64,000 bases of DNA from the NCBI GenBank assembly GCA_030537255.1, contig JAUNOE010000001.1, forward strand, positions 11,397-75,396, read 5' to 3'. A program made the position numbers and the translations under genes. Source of the DNA: Coriobacteriia bacterium. Its GTDB lineage: Bacteria > Actinomycetota > Coriobacteriia > Coriobacteriales > Eggerthellaceae. Numbering within the stretch: the first letter of the stretch is position 1; each line of letters begins with the position of its first letter. This document shows positions 55,066 to 64,000 of the stretch, piece by piece. Under the pieces are notes generated by a model, which saw only the letters and a list, made by a program, of their open reading frames with translations, was not told the origin of the DNA and made no database searches.

Positions 55066-57495
55066 TCACTCCTCTTCGAAGCCTTCGTGCGCGTTCAATG
55101 CTAGCATCGCCTGACCGTAAGAGATCGACGCATCGCTCGGCGGGAGGTCACGGTTGACGGCAACAGTAAAGCCGAGCTCGATCAGACGGGAGATGGCGCG
55201 CTCGGTAAGGTAGCGATTCAAGAACACGCCACCCGAAAGCGTGACGGTGGTGACACCATAGACGTTATAGGCCAGCTGAGCAGCCTGCAGCACAGCTAGA
55301 ACCATCGTGTTGTGGAAGCGCTGGGCAATCAGGGCTGTGGCAGTGCCAGCAGCAAGATCGTCAAGCAGTGCGGCAAAGCACGAGGCGGCATCGAAGAGTA
55401 CCACCGAGGTGTCCTGTGCCGTAGAGTTTTCGGTCGCCGTGTTCTTGATGACGTCCAGGGGGTACGCCTCCTGATTGCCGGCGTCCAGGACTCCTTCCGC
55501 AATGCCTTCGTGAACCAGGGCCTCAAGAAGAATGGCGGCTTCACCCTGGTAGCTTGGCTGAGTACAAACCCCCAGAAGAGCGGAGGCGGCATCGAACAGA
55601 CGACCAACCGACGAAGTGGAAGGCGCATTGATGCCCGCATCGATCATCTGCTCCAAGAAGCCCGCCGTATCCCCCAGTCGCTCAAGCAGGGGCTGCGCCG
55701 CGGGGTGCTCCAACAGATCGAAAGCCCACAAGGCACCAAAGGCGGTACGGTCTGGCTGCTTCACCGCCGCAGCTCCACCAGGCAAGGGGAAGTAGGCAAA
55801 GTTGGCAAAGCGCTCAAACGCCTGAAGATTGGCTAGAAGAACCTCACCACCCCAGATGGCACCATCGAAACCATAGCCCGTGCCATCAAAGGCAATGCCA
55901 CACACAGGACCTGCCAGCTTGTTTTCACCCATGACCGACAACACGTGGGCATGATGGTGCTGGCATTCCAGCAAAGGGATATGCATCGATTCAGCCTGGT
56001 TGCGTACCCATTTGCTGGTCAGGTACTCAGGATGAGCATCGGCAACCAACACGCTGGGCTGGAACCGAAGCAAGTGCTCATAGAGACGTACGGTGTCCAC
56101 CCAGGCATCAAAGGAAGCAGCATCTTCCATGTCGCCCAAATGCTGAGAGGGAAAGACTTTCCCTCCACGAGCAAAGGCGAAGGTATTCTTCTGCTCAGAG
56201 CCAGCGGCGAGCACACAGCGCTCGGACATGACGGCATCTTCGACTTCGCCTTCGGGAATCTCGACCGAAAGCGGAGCAGGAGCGAAGCCACGAGCACGAC
56301 GCACAAACTGGGTAACCTGGCCCGCTTCCCCCAAATCGAGAATACGAACGACCGAATCGTCATAGCGCGAGACAATCTCACGGTTGTTCACCACAAAGCC
56401 ATCTGCGACCATGCCAAGCTGGTCAAACAGGGCTGCTTCGGTAGTCACGATGGGCATGTCGTGCAAGTTACCTGACGTCATAACCAACATGCCGCCAAAA
56501 TCATGCACCAACAGGTGTTGCAAGGGAGTAGCAGGCAGCATGACACCTAGCTCGGGCAGCTTGTCGGCCAGACCGGCCGCAAACTGGGCACTGGGCGCCT
56601 TCTTTAAAAGAACAATGGGGCGAGCAGGGGATTCCAATTGCTCAAGCTCCGCCTCATTCACTTCGCAGAGACCTTCAACATCGGCCGCCTTTGTAACCAT
56701 GACCGCAAAGGCCTTGCCGTCGCGATGCTTGCGGGAGCGAAGCTTTGCCAGGGCCTCAGGATTGGCTGCATCGCACACCAAGTGATAGCCACCCAACCCC
56801 TTAACGGCCAAAATGCCGCCCTCATGCAGCAAGGAAACAGCCTCGGCAATGATGTCATCGGAGCTTTCCCTGTCACAGGCCCAGTTGACATCCGTCAATG
56901 CGGGCTTCACGTCACCAGAACGACGCACCCAGCCAAGCTGTGGACCACAATCAAAGCAGGCATCAGGCTGCGCATGGAAGCGGCGGTTGGCGGGGTCGGC
57001 ATATTCCTTTGCGCAAGCAGGGCACATCTCAAATGCGCGCATCGACGTATTTGCGCGGTCGTAAGGCAGCTGATTCAGGATGGTAAAACGCGGACCGCAG
57101 TTCGTGCAGTTGATAAAGGGGTAGCGATACCTACGGTTGTTCGGGTCGAAGAGTTCTTCAACGCAACAATCACAGGTGGCAAGGTCAGGAGACACAAAGG
57201 TGACGTCCCTCGTGTCAACATCGTCAGAGAAATGGATTTCAAAACCTTCGTATCCCTCGACAGGGACTTCCTCGATATCGATCTCCGACACTTTGGCAGC
57301 CGCGGGAGCTTCCTCGGAAACCCGGATGACAAAACGATCAAGAACGTCGGGGTCGCCCTCAACATGCACGAACACGCCCTCGGTCGAGTTAAGCACCCAA
57401 CCGACCAGGCCCATCTCATGTGCCAGACGGTAAATAAAGGGGCGGAAACCCACCCCTTGAACGATTCCCTTTACCTGAAGATGCAACGCTTCCAT
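55066..57495 (-). CDS. hypF: carbamoyltransferase HypF
   Basis: Acylphosphatase VQGVGFRP, zinc fingers CTNCGPR, KGLGG, QHHHAH and DGTGYG motifs. Confidence 0.97.
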   Translation of the reverse strand: MEALHLQVKGIVQGVGFRPFIYRLAHEMGLVGWVLNSTEGVFVHVEGDPDVLDRFVIRVSEEAPAAAKVSEIDIEEVPVEGYEGFEIHFSDDVDTRDVTFVSPDLATCDCCVEELFDPNNRRYRYPFINCTNCGPRFTILNQLPYDRANTSMRAFEMCPACAKEYADPANRRFHAQPDACFDCGPQLGWVRRSGDVKPALTDVNWACDRESSDDIIAEAVSLLHEGGILAVKGLGGYHLVCDAANPEALAKLRSRKHRDGKAFAVMVTKAADVEGLCEVNEAELEQLESPARPIVLLKKAPSAQFAAGLADKLPELGVMLPATPLQHLLVHDFGGMLVMTSGNLHDMPIVTTEAALFDQLGMVADGFVVNNREIVSRYDDSVVRILDLGEAGQVTQFVRRARGFAPAPLSVEIPEGEVEDAVMSERCVLAAGSEQKNTFAFARGGKVFPSQHLGDMEDAASFDAWVDTVRLYEHLLRFQPSVLVADAHPEYLTSKWVRNQAESMHIPLLECQHHHAHVLSVMGENKLAGPVCGIAFDGTGYGFDGAIWGGEVLLANLQAFERFANFAYFPLPGGAAAVKQPDRTAFGALWAFDLLEHPAAQPLLERLGDTAGFLEQMIDAGINAPSTSSVGRLFDAASALLGVCTQPSYQGEAAILLEALVHEGIAEGVLDAGNQEAYPLDVIKNTATENSTAQDTSVVLFDAASCFAALLDDLAAGTATALIAQRFHNTMVLAVLQAAQLAYNVYGVTTVTLSGGVFLNRYLTERAISRLIELGFTVAVNRDLPPSDASISYGQAMLALNAHEGFEEE

Positions 57496-57518
57496 GGTCA
57501 GAGCCTCATTTTCGTTTT

Positions 57519-59234
57519 CTAAAGTTGAACAATTGCGTGACGAATGGCCTTTGCCAAAGCCCTCAAGGTCATCGCAGAGTTGTCGGGGAGATGCAGGTAC
57601 ACAGCTCGACGACCCCGCTCGTTCAGAACGGTGAAGTCGCCGAGAGCCTGAGCCTTGGCCAGCTCGCCCAAGCTGGAAGCGCGCTCGTCATCAACGGGGA
57701 CATCCTTTTCTTCTTCAGACGAAAGAATCAAGAACACGCCTTCGTTCATGCCACCCTTCTGCAACTGACCAACCGAGTGCAGATAGCGAGGACCAATCTC
57801 CAAGCACGAAACCACGCCATAGCGATCAGCCAGGGAGTGACGAATCTCCTCGAGGGCCTCTCGACGGCCCTCGCCAGAGAAAGGCAGGAACGCATTGATG
57901 CTGAAGTAGTCACCGGGCGCGATGCTCTTGAACATCACACGCAAGGCCTCGCCCACGGACAGGCGCCACATGTCGCCACGAAGAGCGTCGGAAACCGAAA
58001 TTTCCACCTTGCCCAGAGGGATGCCACATAGACCACCCTGCACGCAGGTAGGAGCAGGACGTCCCTGCTTCAGGATATTCAGGACCTCAGTCTTGGCAAC
58101 CTGGACATCGGGCTGGTCGAAAGGACAAACCTCCATCAGGTAACCCAGCATGGCAGTGGCATACTCCCACATCACGAAATGGCCAACTAGGTCGTTGACG
58201 CCTTCGACGAAGAAGTCCATGCGGGGGACGGTTTCGCTGATGTATTCGGTCGACCGAGCAAAGTTCTGACGCTCGTCCCACAGGTCAGTCTTGGTGTTGT
58301 ATACGATGACGGAACGATCGCCGGGGTCGAAAGACAAGGTCAGCGGATCGATCTCAATGTTAGGAAGAACGCCATGGCCCTCCTTGCCAACCGATTCGGC
58401 AACCAGCTGCTCTACCCACAAGCCCAAAACACGTCCACGTTTGGGGCACAGGAAGCTGAACTTGTCGCGCCCCGCGCGCAGGTTGTCATACAGAAACGAT
58501 GCAAGCAGAACTGCGGGATTGTCTAAGCTGTCACTAGAGCAGATACGCTCCGCCTCACAAGCGCTTTCGATCAAAGCGTCAACCGGAATGCCCACCAGCT
58601 CGGCAGGGACCAAACCGAAGACCGAAAGAGCCGAGTAGCGGCCACCGACGGTGGGCTCGCCAGGGAATACTTTCGCCCAACCCTTCTCGATCGCCTCCTG
58701 CTCAAGGCAAGAACCAGGGTCAGTAATAGCCACGAAGTGCTGACCGATCTGATCTTCGGGAATGAAATCCTTCAGATAGTTGCGAATGGCTTTCGAAACC
58801 AACGAAGGCTCAATGGTGCTTCCCGACTTAGACGACTGGATGAACAGCGTCGTTTTTGGGTTGATGCCCGCAAGGATGGAGCGGATGCGGGCAGGGGAGA
58901 CCGAATCAATGGTACGAAACTTGATCAAGCTCGAATCGACTGCATTGTACTTGGTCATAGTCATGGGGGCCTGAGTGGAGCCTCCCTGACCAATGAGAAC
59001 GACGGCGTTCATGCCCCTGAGGAACATCTCGTCAGCAAAAGCCTGAATGTCCTCGATGGGATACGGAGGGTTGCTGGCAAGCGAAACCCAGCCCATGTAG
59101 TCACGAGCGAAGGCGTGGGCGTTCTCGGAGAAGTCATACAGTGACGCATCCTTCTTGCTGATGCGGCTTGCCACGGACTCTTCGACCAGGCGCTCGGCAC
59201 TGGCATAGGTATGGTCCGTCTTGAAATTGATCAT
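57519..59234 (-). CDS. pgi: glucose-6-phosphate isomerase (type related to the Tal-Pgi C-terminal domain)
   Basis: SKSGSTIE, ITDPGS, GGRYSALS, EQLVAESVGK, FDQPDV..AK and HSVGQLQKGG motifs. Confidence 0.88.
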   Translation of the reverse strand: MINFKTDHTYASAERLVEESVASRISKKDASLYDFSENAHAFARDYMGWVSLASNPPYPIEDIQAFADEMFLRGMNAVVLIGQGGSTQAPMTMTKYNAVDSSLIKFRTIDSVSPARIRSILAGINPKTTLFIQSSKSGSTIEPSLVSKAIRNYLKDFIPEDQIGQHFVAITDPGSCLEQEAIEKGWAKVFPGEPTVGGRYSALSVFGLVPAELVGIPVDALIESACEAERICSSDSLDNPAVLLASFLYDNLRAGRDKFSFLCPKRGRVLGLWVEQLVAESVGKEGHGVLPNIEIDPLTLSFDPGDRSVIVYNTKTDLWDERQNFARSTEYISETVPRMDFFVEGVNDLVGHFVMWEYATAMLGYLMEVCPFDQPDVQVAKTEVLNILKQGRPAPTCVQGGLCGIPLGKVEISVSDALRGDMWRLSVGEALRVMFKSIAPGDYFSINAFLPFSGEGRREALEEIRHSLADRYGVVSCLEIGPRYLHSVGQLQKGGMNEGVFLILSSEEEKDVPVDDERASSLGELAKAQALGDFTVLNERGRRAVYLHLPDNSAMTLRALAKAIRHAIVQL

Positions 59235-59474
59235 GTTTCACTCTTTCATCGGGCCCCAAGGCATCACCCTGAAGAAACGTTCCTTGGGCCAACGACATAT
59301 CTGGCCCAACAGACTAAAACTCTGCCAGGCCAAGCGTTTTTTAGTGCTGACGAGGGGTATCTGGTTTAAGCCATTCCTCCTACGCATAGATATATGTCGC
59401 TTGATTTTAGCAAATACGCCCCACTAACCCCAGAGGCCTATACTGAGCACAGGAAACTTACGAAAGGGGAGCAC

Positions 59475-60263
59475 ATGATTTCGTATGACTTCACAGGAAA
59501 GACGGTAGTTGTGACGGGCTCGGCACGCGGCATTGGACGTCGTTGCGCCGAGCGTTTCTTGGAGGCAGGGGCAAACGTCGCCCTTTGCGGCCATTCGCCC
59601 CGCAACATCGATGACCTTCTGGCAGAGCTCGAACCCTTCACGAAAGGTCACAACGAACGCGTGATGTACGCCACTTGCGACGTGGCGGATGCGGCTTCCA
59701 TCGATGCGTTTTTCACTGCCGTGGTTGAACGTTTCGGCGCCTTCGACATCCTGGTGAACAACGCCGGCATCTGGGAAGCAACACCGGTGGGCTCCGTCAC
59801 CGAAGAGATGTGGCAGCGCAACATTGACACCAACCTGAAAAGCCAGCTCGTTGCTTGCGACTGGTTTGCGCGCTGGCATCAAGAAAACGGTGGTGGCCAA
59901 TCCATCGTGAACATCAGCTCTGTCAGCTCCGTGCTAACGGGCGAAAACACGCCTTTGTACAACTTGTGTAAAGCAGCGACGAACTCCCTCACGCGCACCT
60001 ATGCACACGGCCTGGGAAGCCTTGGCATCAACGTGAATGCTGTCGGCCCTGGCACCATCGCCACCGACATCAACAAAGCGGCTTATGCCGACCCTGCTGC
60101 AGAGGCGGCTATGTGTGACAGCCTGGTGATGGGCCGCCGCGGAAAAACCGATGACATTGCCAACGCCGTCCTGTTCCTGGCAAGCGAAGAGAGCAACTAC
60201 ATTACGGGCCAGGTTCTGTTCGTCGATGGCGGCTGGCTGCTGCAGCAGGCCCCGAAGAAGTAA
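59475..60263 (+). CDS. SDR family oxidoreductase
   Basis: TGSARGIG, NNAG, YNLCK (YxxxK) and VDGG motifs; GGGGAG RBS. Confidence 0.93.
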   Translation: MISYDFTGKTVVVTGSARGIGRRCAERFLEAGANVALCGHSPRNIDDLLAELEPFTKGHNERVMYATCDVADAASIDAFFTAVVERFGAFDILVNNAGIWEATPVGSVTEEMWQRNIDTNLKSQLVACDWFARWHQENGGGQSIVNISSVSSVLTGENTPLYNLCKAATNSLTRTYAHGLGSLGINVNAVGPGTIATDINKAAYADPAAEAAMCDSLVMGRRGKTDDIANAVLFLASEESNYITGQVLFVDGGWLLQQAPKK

Positions 60264-60364
60264 CGAGATCAGACAAGCCTCGTATGCATACGAGGCTCAG
60301 TAGTTTGGGCGCCATGCGGCCGCTTACGTATCTGCATGGCGCCCAAAAAAACGAAGACAAAGAA

Positions 60365-60395
60365 AAAGCCCCGACACCGAAGTGCCGGGGCTTTT
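60365..60395 (-). terminator. terminator downstream of tRNA-Phe
   Basis: AAAAGCCCCG.CAC / GTG.CGGGGCTTTT stem. Confidence 0.75.
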
Positions 60396-60403
60396 AAAAT
60401 TCA

Positions 60404-60479
60404 TGGTGGTCGGAGGGGGACTTGAACCCTCGACACGCGGATTTTCAATCCGCTGCTCTACCAACTGAGCTACCCGACC
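60404..60479 (-). tRNA. tRNA-Phe(GAA)
   Basis: GGTCGGGTAGCTCAGTTGGTAGAGCAGCGGATTGAAAATCCGCGTGTCGAGGGTTCAAGTCCCCCTCCGACCACCA cloverleaf, 76 nt, encoded CCA. Confidence 0.97.
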
Positions 60480-60565
60480 AAAGGTGCGTTAACGCGAGTA
60501 GTTATATTACGCAAGCAAAGGCATAACGTCAACTACTTTTTCGACTTTCGTCAAAAGCATGAGAC

Positions 60566-61855
60566 TTAAGCCCAGGCGCTGCGGCCTTTGAGTGCCTTTG
60601 CGGCAATGTCACGACGGAACTGCTTACCCTCGAAGTCAATGAGATCGACGGCAGCGTAAGCTTGATTGCGTGCAGCCTCGAAGGTGTCAGCCAAAGCAAC
60701 CACGTTCAGAACGCGACCACCACTCGTCAGAAGACTACCATCCTCGGCAAGCTTGGTGCCCGCATGGAACACCGTAACGCCCTCAAGCTCTTCAGCGGCG
60801 TCGATACCCGTGATGACCTTGCCCTTTTCGTACGATCCAGGATATCCGGCACTGGCAAGAACCACGCTGACGGCCCACTTGTCAGACCAGGCGAGCTCGA
60901 CTTCTTCAGGCTTGCCCTGGGCGACAGCCATCATGACGTCAACCAGATCAGACTCAAGGCGAGGAAGCACGACCTGGGTCTCGGGGTCGCCGAAGCGCGC
61001 ATTGAACTCGACGATCTTGGGGCCTTCGGGGGTCAGCATGAAGCCACCATACAGACAACCACGATAGTCGAGGGCAAATTCCTTCTTGGTTGCCTCGGCT
61101 GCATGCTGCATGATGTCCTCCATCTGACGCAGCTCGTCTTCGGTAGCGATGGGAACCGGGGAATACACACCCATGCCACCTGTGTTGGGACCCTTGTCGC
61201 CATCATAGGCGCGCTTGTGGTCTTGGGCGGGAGCCATGGGGTTGGACACGCCATTGGAAACAAAGGAAAGCATGGAGCATTCGGGGCCCGTCATACACTC
61301 CTCGATGACCACGCGGGCGCCAGCAGAACCAAAGCCACCATCGAAGCAAGTGCGTACCGCCTCCAGGGCATCCTCGACGATCTCGGCAACCACAACGCCC
61401 TTGCCTGCAGCCAAGCCATCCGCCTTGACTACGATGGGTGCACCCTGCTCAGTAACGTAAGCACAGGCAGCATCGGCATCCTCGAAGGTTGCGTAGGCAG
61501 CGGTGGGAATGTCATTACGAGCCATGAATCGCTTGCTGAAGTCCTTCGAGCCCTCAAGCTGAGCACCCTCGGCGCTCGGGCCAAACACGGCAAAGCCCGC
61601 ATCACGCAAAACGTCAGCGACACCGACCACCAAGGGAGCCTCAGGACCGATAACCACAAGCTCGATAGCGTGCTCGCGTGCAAAGGTGGCAACTTCCTCA
61701 CCTGACTCAGCATTAATGCCGGAGACGTTGGTGGCAAATGATGCCGTACCGCCATTGCCAGGAGCAACGAAGAGTTCGTCGCATCGTGCGGACTTGGACA
61801 AAGCCCAGGCGATGGCATGCTCGCGGCCGCCGCTGCCCAAAACCAGAATGTTCAT
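60566..61855 (-). CDS. purD: phosphoribosylamine--glycine ligase
   Basis: [25 protein letters not shown] and [10 protein letters not shown] motifs. Confidence 0.97.
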   Translation of the reverse strand: MNILVLGSGGREHAIAWALSKSARCDELFVAPGNGGTASFATNVSGINAESGEEVATFAREHAIELVVIGPEAPLVVGVADVLRDAGFAVFGPSAEGAQLEGSKDFSKRFMARNDIPTAAYATFEDADAACAYVTEQGAPIVVKADGLAAGKGVVVAEIVEDALEAVRTCFDGGFGSAGARVVIEECMTGPECSMLSFVSNGVSNPMAPAQDHKRAYDGDKGPNTGGMGVYSPVPIATEDELRQMEDIMQHAAEATKKEFALDYRGCLYGGFMLTPEGPKIVEFNARFGDPETQVVLPRLESDLVDVMMAVAQGKPEEVELAWSDKWAVSVVLASAGYPGSYEKGKVITGIDAAEELEGVTVFHAGTKLAEDGSLLTSGGRVLNVVALADTFEAARNQAYAAVDLIDFEGKQFRRDIAAKALKGRSAWA

Positions 61856-61954
61856 GAAGGACCCCTTCTTGTTGCGATGTCTCAACCGACATCAGTAGAA
61901 CCATAAAAGCAAAGAGCGCACCATGGCCGTATGCCAGGTGCGCTCCCAAAATAC

Positions 61955-63382
<1,428 letters not shown>

Positions 63383-64000
63383 CTACAGTTCGATATGGTT
63401 GGCTTCAGGCACGAGTCGGCTGACCTGCTTGACCACCCCAGCGTGACAGGTAAACAGAATCACCTGACGACGGCGCGCCAGCTCGGCGAGCGCCTTGATT
63501 GCGCCCTTGCGGCGGCGGGAGTCAAAATTAACCAGAATGTCGTCGCAGAGAACGGGGATGTGCTTGCCCACGGCATCGGCCGTAATCAACAGGGCGATAC
63601 GCAGGGCCAGATACAGCTGCTGACGCGTACCCGTGGAAAGAAGACGAGGGTCACGAGCGGTACGCACGGCATCCATGACGCGAATCTCTCCGTCGGAATC
63701 CATGTACACACGACACCAAGCGCCATCAGTCATGAGCGACAGAAGCTCTGAAGCGTGGCGGTAAACCTCGGGCTGGCTCACCTTTTCCCAATCAGCGATG
63801 GCCTGAGAAAGCGCCATACGCGCAATGAGCAAGCTGGTCAGCCGATCCTGGGCATCCTTGAGGCACGTCTGAAGACGGTTGAGCTCAAGCTTGTCTTTCT
63901 CGAAGCCCCAATCCCCCAGAGCCTGGGTAAGCTCCTGCTTCAACTGCCCCTGTCTATGACTGGTCTGACTGACCAGAGAAATCATGCGCGTACGCTCCTC
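63383..64000 (-). CDS. YhaN/AAA_27-like SMC-type ATPase, C-terminal part (5' end outside the window)
   Basis: Coiled coil followed by LSTGTRQQLYLALRIA signature, DDILVNFD Walker B/D-loop and QVILFTCH. Confidence 0.88.
   Translation of the reverse strand, partial: EERTRMISLVSQTSHRQGQLKQELTQALGDWGFEKDKLELNRLQTCLKDAQDRLTSLLIARMALSQAIADWEKVSQPEVYRHASELLSLMTDGAWCRVYMDSDGEIRVMDAVRTARDPRLLSTGTRQQLYLALRIALLITADAVGKHIPVLCDDILVNFDSRRRKGAIKALAELARRRQVILFTCHAGVVKQVSRLVPEANHIEL

Noticed and set aside
60404-60479. Integrated element at tRNA-Phe
   Set aside because: No duplicated 3' end and no integrase nearby in the window

Overview
High-GC bacterial chromosome segment; gene content and style suggest an anaerobic Actinomycetota, probably Coriobacteriia/Eggerthellaceae-like (inference, not searched). 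Most of 12.2-64 kb is housekeeping: folE, xth, citrate synthase, ybaK, a metA-family gene, hom, lysA, rlmH, serine dehydratase, copA/csoR, a two-component pair, an ABC importer, pyrE, purB, two trkA, hypF/C/D, pgi, tRNA-Phe, purD, purA. The main accessory feature is an 8.67-kb integrative mobilizable element (3315-12050) inserted in the 3' half of initiator tRNA-Met and bounded by a 66-bp direct repeat. It encodes a tyrosine integrase, an unknown protein, an excisionase-like HTH, a stand-alone DnaB-type helicase domain, MobC, its own VirD4 coupling protein and a MOBP-like relaxase with a non-canonical metal-binding motif. After the relaxase come a candidate oriT, twin hairpins with a shared loop, and a long hairpin that folds best on the + strand just upstream of a degenerate YraN-like gene; together these resemble a single-stranded-DNA-expressed leading region. 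DNA just left of the element looks like the end of a second, related island with different arm sites. Other oddities: several apparent pseudo-enzymes (MetA with Cys-to-Ser nucleophile, degenerate NERD, truncated adenylation domain), helically phased SARP-type repeats in front of a promoter with no visible target, and intergenic inverted-repeat elements with a central CAGGTCA. All calls were made by eye; no searches or folding were run.
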